Shown: positions 51,479 through 64,000 of the stretch, one piece after another
Position numbering within the stretch: the first letter of the stretch is position 1
Layout of the letters: every line of letters starts with the position of its first letter
Assembly (NCBI RefSeq): GCF_963921235.1
Contig: NC_086097.1
Coordinates: 213,530,001 to 213,594,000, forward strand
Source: Mobula hypostoma
Taxonomy: Eukaryota
Length of the DNA: 64,000 nucleotides
Reading direction: 5' to 3'
Position numbers and translations under genes: made by a program
Notes under the pieces: generated by a model
The model's input: the letters and a program-made list of their open reading frames with translations, nothing else
Databases searched by the model: none
What the model was told of the DNA's origin: nothing

Positions 51479-51604
51479 GTAAGTTGTGCTTTTGAGAACC
51501 TTTATAATCCAACACATACCCCTGCCACCCCCCAATTCCCCCATTCTTGCACTCAATAAGCAGCAGCAGCAACAAGCCCATGACCTCTAATGCTGTTATT
51601 TCAG

Positions 51605-51677
51605 TGTTGATTTTGACAGAGAAGAAGAAGATCCAGAATATAAACCTGGCCGAATTCCATTCAAAGATGAAATGGAC
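51605..51677 (+). CDS. CHD7: CHD7 coding exon (approx. 27)
   Basis: ttcAG...GTgagt; VDFDREEEDPEYKPGRIPFKDEMD; 73 nt. Confidence 0.92.
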
Positions 51678-51890
51678 GTGAGTATTGCTAGTGAACCTGT
51701 AAGCTTCTTCTTGCAAGATTAGTTTTAAATCATCTGATTTACGTATCTTTGTTGATAGGAACATGCACTAATATTTTGAAAGTGCTACTTTGAATCTTTA
51801 AGTATTTTTCACTTCATAAACTTTGGAGTAAAATGTAACAATCCTTGAGAAAATTATGTTCCAAAAGTATTAATAGCTAATTCTTTGCAG

Positions 51891-51948
51891 GAATTTGAGA
51901 ATTCACCACAAGATGACAAGGATGAATGTGTGGATACTGTGAATACAG
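51891..51948 (+). CDS. CHD7: CHD7 coding exon (approx. 28)
   Basis: tgcAG...GTgagg; EFENSPQDDKDECVDTVNT; 58 nt; phases fit both neighbouring exons. Confidence 0.88.
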
Positions 51949-53586
51949 GTGAGGTCTCGTGATAAGGTTGAGGGAATTAGTGAAGCATTCTAGTAACCAA
52001 TGACTAGTGATTCTAGGCTTAGACCAAATGAGTTTATATCAAACAGTCAACCCTATACATACATGGAATTCACCACTGTTGTTTACAGATTTTTTTCCCT
52101 AGTAACTTAAAGTATTAATCCTGCATATATTTGTGTGGAACCCTTAGCTGAATACCAGGCTACTTCAGAGCTTAGCTTGTCAATTGGAATTACTTTGGAT
52201 TTAATTAACTCTTTGATTCAGTTGTGCACAAATCTAAAATACTAAAATCAAATTTTCATATAGCCGCTTCTAGTTTTGTATTGTTGCAAGAATAAACAGG
52301 ATGCAATAACGGAAGATTAAAATTCTAAACTTTATTGTAATCCTACTAAATTTTCTTCCTGTTAATCTGCTGAAGAGTTTAATTCTTTCTTTAGTTTCCT
52401 TAATTCAACAAAGAGCTGAATCTGATACAAGCACATTAAACCTTGAAGCTGTGGTATCCCGACAGAAATCTCAGCTTTTTTTTAATGACAAGATGGATTG
52501 TGGTGGTGGGGTGAAGTGGGGAGGGAGTGTGAGAAAATGAGGAAAAAGGTAGGTGGGGAAGAAGACCAAAAGTGAAATGAGAATGTGAAATATGAATAGG
52601 CTGTGATGTGCATAAAATAAATATTTAAGTTAAAATTATGTAACTAAGTTAACATTGTATCGCAGTTATTGATAGACATGTTGTATAATTTATTGTAACT
52701 TTTGTGTTCAAGTACATGAGCCAAAGCTGAATTTGTAGGCCAAAATAGTTTCTGTATTTCTGGTGAGTCAAAAGGATAATGTGGCTACATGGATAAATGG
52801 GTTTGAAGTTATTTATGTACAATTTTTTAGTGAAACTTTTGAACTGCAATTCAAATGGGATTCATTTTAACATCATATGAGGCATTCTTTTTGTTTGAAA
52901 AATGCTCTCTTGATTTTCTTAGACTTAATTTGACTTGAATGTGTAGACCAAGGTTATTAGAAAATTGTCTGCAAAACTTGTTACGAGTTTCGAAATATGA
53001 ATTTAAAAACAAGAATGCTAGTGCAAGATGTCAAACAGAAACCATAAGCTGGATGGTATTGATGATATGTCAGAGGATTGCTGTTTGTAGCTGGTGTAAT
53101 CATGATGAAAAATTCCACAGCTAAGGAAAGATTGAAGAGTGGGAGAGAAACTTGCAGAATAGTGTACTTGCTCTGGTGCAAGGTCCCTGTTTTATTTTTC
53201 ACCATTTAATTGGTGCGCACGAACATGTTCATTGACCAAACTTCAACAAAAGGCAGCTATGTTGTGATTTTAAGTTCACTTAGTTTTGCTTTAGTTTGGC
53301 TTCATATTTTGAGTTAATTCATGTAAAACATTTTTTAAAACTATGTAAATAAGTTGAAGCTCAGTGTTATAAATTCATATTAATCGAATCGTTAGTACTT
53401 TGATATCAGTACATATTTATTGAACATTTAAACAAGTTCCACTTAACTCAAATAAAGCAAAAACTGCATGAACAATAGTAGAATAGATTTTGGATTACAA
53501 AAACGGGTTTGCTTGGTGATAATACAGGATTTAAATGATCCACTGATTAGGCATGAGTAGCATTGCTGGATATACTGTTTTTATAG

Positions 53587-53815
53587 ACAAACAACCTGAT
53601 CAAGATGATGAGTCGGATAAACTCTATTGGCCCAGCACCTCAGTTCTAACAACACGCCTGCGCCGGCTTATCACTGCTTATCAGCGCAGTTACAAGAGGG
53701 AGCAGATGAAATTAGAAGCACTAAACAAAAGTGACCGTCGCAGACGTCGGCCAAGAGATGAAGTGAGAGCTCGGGAGGCAGAGAGAAATGCAGCCATATC
53801 TGAGAAGCGTCAAAG
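53587..53815 (+). CDS. CHD7: CHD7 coding exon (approx. 29)
   Basis: tatAG...GTaat; [26 protein letters not shown]...ISEKRQ; 229 nt. Confidence 0.94.
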
Positions 53816-55324
53816 GTAATACCATGAATTATGCACTCTATTTCCAATCTATATATTAAAGTTTGGAATACTTGTCTGTGGCGTTGTTCAGCTCTTAATA
53901 AGTGAAATGTATTGACAGTAAATAATTCATTCTAAAGTTCCTGAATCAGAGATCCCTAGGCTGCGCAATTTTTTTCAAGGAAGCTGTTGGATAGAGTAAA
54001 TACCTTTGAGAAGAAAACTAGTTCTTAAGAACAGAAAGCTTTCAGAGATCTCAAAAACAAATCATGCTGAACATTATACAGTAATCCAAAATAAAGTGAC
54101 ACCCAAGACAAAACTGAAAATAATTATAAATGACCTTTTGGATTTAGTAGAAATTGGGTGTGTACAAACGTAGATCTTTCAGTAAAGACTAGAAGAATGA
54201 ACAAAAATCAGATACTCAATAATGGGTATAAGTTATAAAATAATATTTGGGATTCAGCATATTAGAAATGGGTCCATTAGTATACCTTTAATTCCTTGAA
54301 TCAAACCAAACATTAAGGAAAATCTTTTAAATCTTCCCTCTCAACTCCCATCTTCCTGCACTCCTCCCTTAGTTTTCATTTTGTCCAGCAATATTTTAGC
54401 TACTACTTCTTAAAACAAAGCTGTAAGGTAACATGGTTTTCTTTTGCTTTATGCTATATGTGCCTGCATTCTAGTCTGAACTTATTCACTCTCTGAATAT
54501 CATTCAGTTCTGTTTTAATTCTTTGTGAAGAAATCAACGAAATGTTTAAAGCCTGCAAAACTGCAGAAGTTTAAAGAATGGGCATTGATTTGATTTCCAG
54601 TTACTTTTTATGGATGGCAGATATTGCATCAGATGTTAACTTTCAAATAATTAATTTCCATAGTCAATTTTAAATCAAAGCCCAGCGGCATTGCAGAGAA
54701 TCGCCAGTCTATGTGCAAGGGTTTGTGGTCTTGCTAATAATGTTAACTCGAAAACATACCCCTCTGAAAATTGTGGGAAGCAAAACAGTGGCCAAGGTGG
54801 AAAATCTGGAAATGTGTTAAATCTGGAAATGTGTTGTCTCCTGCCTTATACAAGACAAAAAATCAGTGTGGGTTTCCTGTTCTTGATGCCCAAAGAGCTT
54901 TATTGTTCTTAAAGTTCAGCAACATTGCAAGGCACAAAGAGTAGCACCACCGACAGAGTTTCAGTCTAGTTCACGCCTAGTTTTTATTATCAGTTCCCTG
55001 GGGTATAAATTTATCTCGCCATCTCTCAATTGATATTATATAGTATCATTGGTGCTTTAGACTCTTAAAATGCAGTGCAATTAGGGTTTGAATTTAGCCA
55101 TACAGTATCTTGTCACTAAGCTTTCCTGCTGTTCACTGACTCTTGAATGGAGAGCTAAAGCTTTTTCTTACTAACTCAATGTACTTGTGTGTTGATCTCC
55201 CTGAATGACATGCAGACTGAAACTTTTGCTGTACCTTAACACATGTGACAACATGCCAATACCAGTTACTTCCCACATGATTTCAACGTTGAAATGCTTT
55301 TATCAACATATCTTTGTTGTCTAG

Positions 55325-55533
55325 GTGGACTAGGAGGGAAGAGGCAGATTTTTACCGTGTAGTATCAACCTTTGGCATAGTTTTTGATCCAACAAAGAAG
55401 CAATTTGACTGGAGCCAATTCCGTGCCTTTGCTCGACTGGATAAAAAGTCTGATGATAGTTTGGAAAAGTACTTCAACTCTTTTGTGACAATGTGTAGAA
55501 AAGTATGTCATATGCCTCCTCATCCAGATGAAG
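55325..55533 (+). CDS. CHD7: CHD7 coding exon (approx. 30), SANT-like region
   Basis: ctAG...GTaaga; [17 protein letters not shown]...[16 protein letters not shown]; 209 nt. Confidence 0.95.
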
Positions 55534-55589
55534 GTAAGACATTACTGTGGCGACTGGAAGCAAGCAGATGGTTAAGACAGAATGTATAA

Positions 55590-55965
55590 TAAAAACAAAA
55601 TGCTGAAACACTCAACAGGTCAAACGACAAGTATGAGAAGAGAAACAGTTGATGTTTCAAGTTGGCAAACCTCCATTAGAACTGGGAAAGACTGATTGTT
55701 TTTTCTCAAAGGTAGTGAGAGGGCTGAAATATCTAATCAGGTGAAACCAGGTCAGATGTATTAAAGGGGCCGTTAGAAGGTAATGATATTTTTTGTTGTT
55801 GACAAGTAGGGCTATAGGATATGCCCAGCAGATCAAGCTGTAGTAATGGAGAATGCAAGTTGCTATCGTAGATGGATGATTTTGGTCAAGTGTCAAGTCT
55901 GATTAAGATGTACTGTTTGACCTGAGTGTTTCCAGCACTTTCTATTTCAAATTTTCAGCATTTGC
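55590..55965. repeat. Penelope terminal-repeat-derived inverted element
   Basis: AAATGCTGAAACACTCAACAGGTCAAAC / GTTTGACCTGAGTGTTTCCAGCACTTT. Confidence 0.55.
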
Positions 55966-56568
55966 GGGGTGAAAGAAATGAATAGCATTGTTTCTCTGTA
56001 GATCAAAAGAAATAATGGCAGAGGTAGGCCATACAAGACTCTCAGGGCTGCTCTGTCATTCTACAAAATCATGGCTGATGCAGCATCTATTTCAGTCTCA
56101 TATTTTTGCCCTATTCCCATATTCTCTAACATCCAGAAATCTATTGAACTTGGTTTTGAATGTAGGCAATGGCTATGCCTCTTTATGCAGCTACCAGCCA
56201 GTTTTAGTTAATATTTTTATATGCATACTCACATCATAACTACACAGGATTCTTGATCTAATGCAGAAATGGAACAAGTCCTTTATTCAAGCTAATTTGA
56301 GTTTTATAAGTCACTAGTTCGTCTTTTAAATGAAAGTTCATCCTGGCCTTGTACAGTATAACCCCAATAATCTAGTCATTGCATCTATTTCCTTAATCAG
56401 TAATCTGATCTGGCACTAGGTCCATGTTACGTTGTGTGAGAGTTCATTGCATCAGGATATTCATCAATCTATATGTGATTTACATAAAATCTGAATCTTA
56501 TGAATTGCACACAGAAAACAACCAATATGGAGACTTGAACCAGTTTTTGTTTTATTTTCTCCTTAAAG

Positions 56569-57321
56569 AATCTGATTCTACCATTTTCATTGAGCCCATC
56601 ACGGAAGAGCGTGCTTCTAGAACCTTGTATCGAATAGAACTTCTCCGGAAGGTTCGAGAGCAAGTGTTACTCCATGCACAATTGGATGAGCGACTCAAGT
56701 TATGCCAGCCAAGCATGGACCTGCCTGAATGGTGGGAGTGTGGCAAACATGACAAAGATTTATTGATTGGTGCTGCAAAGCATGGAGTTAGCAGGACAGA
56801 CTATCACATTCTAAATGATCCTGAGCTTTCTTTCCTGGAGGCCCATAAAAATTTTGCTCAAAACAAAGGGGCCAACCAGCGGATCAGTACACCTTTCCAA
56901 AACCAACCTGGTGCCTGCGTAAGCCAAGTATCTTCTGTTGCTCCAGCCACACCAGTTCCAGAAGAAAAATGTACAGAGCAAGCTGATGATGATAGTAAAA
57001 CTGAAGGTGAACTAAAAAGTCCTTTACCAACAGCGCAGGGTGAGCAAGGTGCAGAGCTTTCTAAGGATGATGGAGAAACGAATTGTGCAGAGAACATACA
57101 GATTGATTCTGATTGTCAGAATACCTCGGAGCCCTTGTCTGTGAAAGTTGAGCATGATGCTAATGATACTTCAACCCTGGGTCCTAAAATGCTTGCTGAG
57201 TCTGAGGAAAAGGAATTCAGACCTAAATTACCATTTGAGAAAGGGTCAGAAGATGATGATGAGGAGGAGGAGGACGACGACGATATTGATGATAAGTCAG
57301 AAGAATCATCCCAACCAGAAG
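56569..57321 (+). CDS. CHD7: CHD7 large coding exon (approx. 31)
   Basis: aaAG...GTact; [21 protein letters not shown]...WWECGKHD...acidic tract...SEESSQPE; 753 nt. Confidence 0.94.
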
Positions 57322-58631
57322 GTACTATGTGTGAGTGAACAATTGTTCCTAATAAAGAATTTGTTGCTTTGTGTAAATGCCTTCTGCTCTCAGAGGCAAG
57401 GTACTTGTAATTTTGTGATACTTCAGTTGATTAGAAAAGCAGTTGTACAACAAATTATAGAACCATTTTCTATATTTGTACATTTAAAATTTTTCAATCT
57501 GATGAATCATACACAAAATCCTGTTTAAAATTTTGTGTTGAAACATTGATTACATTGAAATTTTAAAACATTTATCATTGTAATCAAAATAATGCTTAAT
57601 CAGGTTAAATAAATGCTGATTTCCATCTTGTGCACAAGAGTCACACAAGGTGTCGAGAGAATGTGACTCCACTTCCATAATAAATGAGTGTAGATTAATT
57701 CCATATAGCAGAGTGGTGTGCAAGGTTGCTGTAAGCTTTTGAGTGTAACAATCCATTGATCCCTAAGTGGAACACTATTAAATTGCCTTAGCAGAATCTT
57801 AAATTTGCTTTTATTAAACTCTGTGTATGCTGAACTTGCTAAATAATCTTTTGCTTCATTTTCAAGTTTCAAAGATTTTATAGTAATCCAGTAAAATCAA
57901 AGTACTTGCTTTGTAAGCATTTACTTGGAGATATTGTCCCTGCTGAAACTTGAATTCTATAAATTACAACATCATTGGAAGTTAGATTTAGGACTGTGTG
58001 GCACAGGGAGCTGCTGCCTGTATGGACTTTACACATTTTTCGTTGTGACCCAGTGGGGTTTCCCCATGTACACCCCAACTTCCAAAAATGTGCCGATTGA
58101 GAGGTTAACCGATAATATAAATCACCAATATTGTGTAAGATGAGATGTAGAATATGGAGGAAGCAATGGAAAGTTGGAAAAAACTTGTTATAAGAAAAAA
58201 CATTGAGAAAATGTGATGGTTCTGTGAATCAGCAATGATTGAAGTAGATGCATCCATCATTTGGAAATATGAAATAATGTTTAAAAATGAGAACTGCCAG
58301 ATTAGTTATCCCTTCCATATGTGCATCTCAATAAACTTCCACAAATACCGCAATAATGAGTTAAATGATAGTATAGCAGTTCCTTTGTTTCAATATGAGT
58401 GCATTAGGGCTTAACAGTTCTTTATGACGTACCAGTGTAACAATCTAGTAGGAAAACTATGATGCCAAGGTAATTTAAGTATTGGATGGTAAATTGTATT
58501 TTTATTTTGCTATTGAACTTCATATTAAACCGAATAAAATAATTTCTTCCATTCATAATTTCATGCTTCATTCAATGACAGGGTCATAGGGTTGGTGTTG
58601 TTGTATTCAACTTGCATAATCTTCTTCACAG

Positions 58632-58792
58632 CTGGGACTATTTCTCAAGGCAAGCATTTTGATGAAGAAAGCATTGCTTCTTTGAGCACTGCCCGTGATG
58701 AAACTCGTGATGGGTTTTTCATGGAAGATAGTGAACCCACAGTAGCTCAGCTACTTCATGAAAGAACATATTCCTTCTCATTCTGGCCAAAG
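58632..58792 (+). CDS. CHD7: CHD7 coding exon (approx. 32)
   Basis: cacAG...GTatg; [20 protein letters not shown]...SFSFWPK; 161 nt. Confidence 0.95.
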
Positions 58793-60309
58793 GTATGTGT
58801 AGATTTAATGTATGATTTTTTGATTTGTTATTTTTGCTTTGCAAATATGAAATTGGTACTATTTGTCTCTGGAAATGCATTTTTTAATCCAATCAAATTT
58901 GTTCCTTTTAATAAAATAGGAAGAGTGTGGTATTATTTTTTGTTTACAACAATAACATAAAATGGCTGCAATAAAGCATATGGCTTTAATTTTAGATGTA
59001 CTCACCCTTTAGTCTCCACATTGAGCTAGTACAGCATGTTTTCTCCCAACTTTTAAAATAAGAAGTCCATTAAGTGCAGGCAAGCAACAAAGATGACTGC
59101 CCTTCATATATCAGTAGTTATATATTTCAGAGTTATTACTCTTCTTACCCATACCCCACCCTTCCCATATCAAACCCAGTAGACTAGAATCAGTCAGACA
59201 AATGAGAGATTCTGTTATTGAGAGTTTCTTAATAGATTATGATGCTAAGTGTCCAACTGCTTCTCACACTCCACTGCAGAGCACTGCTATTGAGATCTTG
59301 AATTTTAGAATCTTTCCTTGCATGGTATATCTAAATATTATTAAATACTTATTGAAATTTAATTTTGAATAAGCCTTTTGTTATGTGATGTGATAAATCA
59401 GTTTAATAATAGACTAAATAATATGTAACCCATTACAACTCATTACTGCTGCCATAACAGAATACACCTGTATTTTGGAACAGCACCTTACGGTTTTGTT
59501 TTGTTACTTATATTTATTGTTTTTGCTAACTTCTGTTTATTCATTGAACCTACTTTACCTTAGTCTTACAAAGTAAGATAAGACCTCATTTTATTTTGTG
59601 TTCTTGATCCGTAATTAATATATTGTTAGTTTCACCTTCACTGCTTCCTTAATAGATCACAAAGTTTGAGTTCCATGATATTTAAAATTGCATTCTGGAC
59701 AATGCTTTTGTTTTTATCACAAACCAGATGAGAGTATTAACAGTAGGTCAGGGAGTGCATTGCAAATCCTCAACATAGCATTTATATGATTATATATCTG
59801 TGTATATATATGTATCTGTGTATATATTATCACACACTGGTTTTCCTGTACTGAGTCAGTTGGATACATAAAATGCTTACATTTTTAATATGCTTGCAAT
59901 CATTTGCATGATTTATGTTTTATTCATTTGCATAAATGCATAGATTGTCTCTTAAGCTTCCTGATCTAAAAGTCAGAAAATCTGATAAAGATCTGGAAAA
60001 GATAACATATGGAGATAGGAAAACAGGCTCAGAACACTGAGCCCATGGATGTATGTCTACTGCAAAAGTAGTATTTACATTTGACCGCCTCATCTAATGT
60101 TTATATAGCGCTTTGCCTTGATATTCCAATTAGAAAGATAAAGTTTCTATGATTGTGTGATTCTTTTTATATTTTGGGTGCACATGTTATACTTTAACTT
60201 TGAAAAACGCTGATTTAAGTACATTTGCACAAAAATTCATGTGTGGGTGAATGCTTACTGGAGCCCTGATGCAAGCTTGTATGTACTTCAATGTATTGTT
60301 GCTTTACAG

Positions 60310-60534
60310 GATCGAGTAATGATTAATCGTTTGGACAACATATGTGAAGCAATAATCAAGGGAAAGTGGCCTATAAATAGGCGCCAGCCATTTGATTTTC
60401 ATGGTATAATCAGCTACACCCCTACTTCAGTAGAAAGCCCTCTGCCAAGGAGGAGTTTTACTGAACTCTCCATTGTTGGTCAAGGGAGCTTCAGTACCTG
60501 TGAAGATATAGCAGGTTCTCCTCAGGTGTCAAGG
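60310..60534 (+). CDS. CHD7: CHD7 coding exon (approx. 33)
   Basis: tacAG...GTaagt; [21 protein letters not shown]...SPQVSR; 225 nt. Confidence 0.94.
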
Positions 60535-61394
60535 GTAAGTACTTAATATTGTTTTATTATATCAGATGTATGCACTCTAATACTGAGCAAATCTTTGCTG
60601 AAAATGTTTCTTAGCCCATTTATAGCAATAAAACTATATTTTGGGAGGGGAGCTAAAACTTAATCTCTGCTATTCTTGTCCTAGTTTATACAAGTCAACT
60701 GAGTTTGCTTGGTAGGGGGAGAAAAATAGCAAAATTGAAAGTCAAACCATTGTATCAACTCCCCACTGAGAGTACTTAATCACTTAATCAGATTGTGAAC
60801 TTTATTGGTCGTGCTGCAGACTTTAAACAATTCATGGTTTTGAAGGACATGATGCAGACTCTTGATGCTAAAACTGTGGGTGAGTGCCTAATTCCTCTTG
60901 CAATCAGCAATCATCCTGATAAACATGAAGTTGTTCTTTCTACAAGTAGGGGAAGAGTAGCGTCAGCTTATCAAGAGTTTTATAAACTATGAATTGTTTA
61001 ATTCAATTTAACAATGTGTTCCATTCCTCTGGGCTGTGCATAATTTTATGGCAACATATATATTTGTTACAAGCTTTTGAATCCTTAATTCCTTGATGTC
61101 AACTGTTTCAATTTTCAGGATTTCCTTGAATTTATAAAACCTCTAAACCAAGCACTGTTGCTCCATGAGTGCTTGCAATTTTTTTATGTACTGTATCCAA
61201 GTCGAAACCAAATGAGGCCTTTCAGTTAAGGAATTAACAAAAGTTAGTTAGTCCAGTATATGTAGATATTATTCAGTGCTTACTTTAGCTGTTTTAAGTG
61301 CCCCTAATTTTCTGCTCATTCTGTCAGCATCTGTCATTCTGTCATAATGAAAGTAAGTTAGTTGAAACATACTTTTACATGACGCTGAGGGGTT

Positions 61395-61640
61395 ATAAGA
61401 CCACAAGACGTAAGAGCAAAATTAGGCCATTCAGCCCATTGAGCCTGCTCCACCATTTGATCATGGTTGATTTATTTTCCCTCGACTCCATTCTCCTGCC
61501 ATATTCCCATTACCTTTGATGCCCTTTACTAATTAAGTACCTTTCAACTTACATTTGGAATACATGTCCCCCGTAGCTGTCTGTATCACTGTATTCCACA
61601 GATTGACCACCCACTGGGTAAAGAAATTCCTCATCTCTGA
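61395..61640 (-). mobile_element. CR1 3' end fragment (similar fragments at ~37205-37510 and 50920-50985)
   Basis: TAAGACCACAAGACGTAAGAGC...GGCCATTCAGCCCATTGAG tail signature. Confidence 0.7.
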
Positions 61641-62329
61641 AAGAGCCCGAAGCACAAATAGATCAGACTTGAGTGCATCATATCATTGGATGACTGAAAG
61701 AAATTCAGCAGTTGGGGTCACAAATAATTGGTTAAATACGGATAGTGATGCAGGAAGCTGTAAGGCAATGCTGCAAACCAAACTCTTTTTAAAACAAAAT
61801 TTAAGAATGCTGGAAACATTCAGCACATGAAGTGGCATCTGTGAAAAAGGAAACAGAACGGAGTTAGGCAAATAAAACTAACCACCGGTAAGAGGTAAGA
61901 TTTCCTGGCAAGTTTCTAATCAGAATAACAAATGGATACAGTAATTCCTACTTTAATGTTGACACATGGCAGATCAAGGTAGTAATAACAGGGCTAAAGA
62001 GTAAGAGTTTATTCTGTTTGGAGTCATAGATCATAGTGATACATCATTCGGTGTGATGGTGCTATTAAATGGCAACTCTTTGTGTGTGGCTCCGATGGGA
62101 ATTATCAAATATTCCCAGTTAGGACTATGGCTGAAGTCCACAGTCACAGCCATGGGGACTTAAGTAAGCAGCATTGTTTTAAGATATTTAAAAATTCTAT
62201 TAATACAGAAAGTTGGGTGGGGGGGGGGTCGCGTGCAGGTCTTACAGATACGATTGAAACACAGGGGCCTTGGACTTCTACTCCTGACTGCCCTGCCAAC
62301 AAATGTACCATCTCTGGAAAATACAATTG

Positions 62330-63250
62330 AAGACTTCAACAAGATTGCTGTACCAGAGGGACATCAAAGACGGATGTGTTCCCTGCGCAAACGTGGCTTA
62401 CACCTGCAATTTCAGACACAGTGCTTCACCATTCTCTGCAGAGCCAGGACAGCTCTGTCTTCTAAAGGCAGAGGAGATGGATTAGCTCATCATGGTGCAC
62501 AAAACTGGCTCTTCTGTCTCAGTCCTTCTCGTCCCACCTGGAATGTCTAGCGGCCAAATGGTGTCTGTTTTATCTGCTGAGAGAATTTTCCACCATCATC
62601 TTGGTAGCAGTCTACATTCCACCTTGGCCAACATCAGGCAGGCACAGGGGGAGTTGAACAACATATTCGGCTGGCACAAAACTGATGCCCTCCCTATCTT
62701 TGCGGGAGATTGAAACCAGGCCAGCTGGAAGAAGTCTGAGTGACTACCACCACTGATCACCTGTGGAACCAACACACCTGACCACTGTTATACCACCACC
62801 AGCCATGCTTACCATGCTATCCCATGCCCACACATTAGAAAGCCCGATTACTTGGCACAAATTCTAGTAACAGTATGTAGGCAGAAACTAAAGCCTGCAG
62901 CACCAGTGGCGAGGACCAAGAAAGTATCTTCACGGGAAGCAGAGAAGCCCTAATAGGACTGCCTTGAGTTGGTGGACAGGATAATATTCAAGGATTCATC
63001 TTCGAGTCTGAATGAATACACTCTAGTTGTCACTGACTTCATCAGGTCCTTTGTGGATAAGTGTATGCCTCTTGTGAACATTCTGGACATACTCAAACCA
63101 AAAGCTGTGGATAAACCATAAGATCTGTAGTCTGCTGAGGGCTAGATCAAGACAGGTGATCCAGAACTATACAAGAAATCCAAGTATGACCTATGGAAGG
63201 CTATTTCAAGAGTGAAAAACAATTCTGATTGAGGTTAGAGATGGAATCAA
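62330..63250 (+). mobile_element. Decayed Rex1-type LINE fragments, host of the L1
   Basis: VTDFI and PNQK.WI-like remnants at 63030-63115; sequence matches ~48130-48230. Confidence 0.55.
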
Positions 63251-64000
63251 GGGACTTCCGGTAGCGCTCATGGAGTGAAGTTGCATTCTTGACTTGCTCC
63301 ATTACCTCTGAGTTTTTTTTCTTATGATCAGCTATATTTTAATTAACCATTAAGGCATCAACTTTTACAATACTTTGAAATAAATTGGGCTCTCCGATAA
63401 CTGGATGCGTTTAAGGTCTGCTATGTCTAAGAATGGGAAAAACGGGAAGGATGGCAAACCTCCGGTTAAACCGAAAGGTATTGATTTCCCTCCGACTGAA
63501 CCACCGGTGACTTTGAAAGCTATATCGGAGTTAATTCAAAGGGAAATTTCAACCTCTGTTACGGAGCTGATTCGTGCGGAAATTTCAATTAATTTCCAGA
63601 AAATTGCCGATTCAATCGATAAGACACAAACATCTATTACGGAACATCAGTCGGCTATATCTGATCTTCAAAAATCCACGCAACAAAGTGAGCTTAAGAT
63701 GGGGAAAATCGAAGAAACAATTAATGTAATGAAGAAGAAACTTGACTTTCTGACCTTTAAAAACTCTGACTTAGAATCTAGGATGCGACGGCAGAATCTA
63801 CGAATGATTGGGGTGCGTGAAGCTGTTGAATCGGATAACCCTATGAAGTATTTTTCTCAACTTTTAAAAGATGCATTTCCTACTGTATTTCCTGACCAAC
63901 CACCATTATTGGATCGTGTTCACAGAGTTCCATCATACTCGCCTAGGTCAGATAAACCTAGGCATGTCATTTTACGGTTTCATTACTTTCAAGACAAGGA
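63251..64000 (+). mobile_element. 5' end of an L1-clade LINE (5' UTR plus ORF1)
   Basis: Begins GGGACTTCCGG; followed by an uninterrupted ORF1. Confidence 0.88.
63423..64000 (+). CDS. L1 ORF1p (coiled coil plus RRM), open to the window end; alternative in-frame ATG at 63405
   Basis: MSKNGK...DLESRMRRQNLRMIGVRE...LDRVHR...PRHVILRFHYFQDK; no stop in about 192 codons. Confidence 0.88.
   Translation, partial: MSKNGKNGKDGKPPVKPKGIDFPPTEPPVTLKAISELIQREISTSVTELIRAEISINFQKIADSIDKTQTSITEHQSAISDLQKSTQQSELKMGKIEETINVMKKKLDFLTFKNSDLESRMRRQNLRMIGVREAVESDNPMKYFSQLLKDAFPTVFPDQPPLLDRVHRVPSYSPRSDKPRHVILRFHYFQDK

Noticed and set aside
59785..59830. TA/TG-rich short repeat
   Set aside because: Ordinary degenerate microsatellite
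60520..60534. Alternative donor CAG|GTGTC 9 nt upstream
   Set aside because: Much weaker than the adjacent G|GTAAGT consensus donor; no supporting evidence

Overview
Vertebrate genomic DNA. The repeat landscape (V-SINE/HE1-like SINEs, CR1, Rex1/Babar and Neptune-type Penelope elements) suggests a cartilaginous fish; this is inference. The window lies inside a + strand CHD7 gene. I traced 22 consecutive GT-AG coding exons (12079-60534; 4282 nt, about 1427 codons, splice phases consistent throughout). They encode the SNF2 ATPase lobes through the SANT-like and downstream acidic regions and correspond to human exons 12-33 (numbering and sizes recalled, not looked up). The introns are packed with nested transposons. 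The most notable structure is a single 3.08-kb Penelope-like insertion (7668-10750) with a perfect 14-bp TSD. It sits inside a Chapaev3-like DNA transposon, forms a ~1.2-kb inverted repeat, and carries a minimal hammerhead-ribozyme motif near each outer end. Also present: several short non-autonomous LINE-derived elements (two share an apparently structured 5' RNA motif), a triple-nested hAT stack, a mariner-derived palindromic MITE, a young Rex1 LINE splitting a SINE, and the 5' end of an L1 with an open ORF1 that the ORF track missed.
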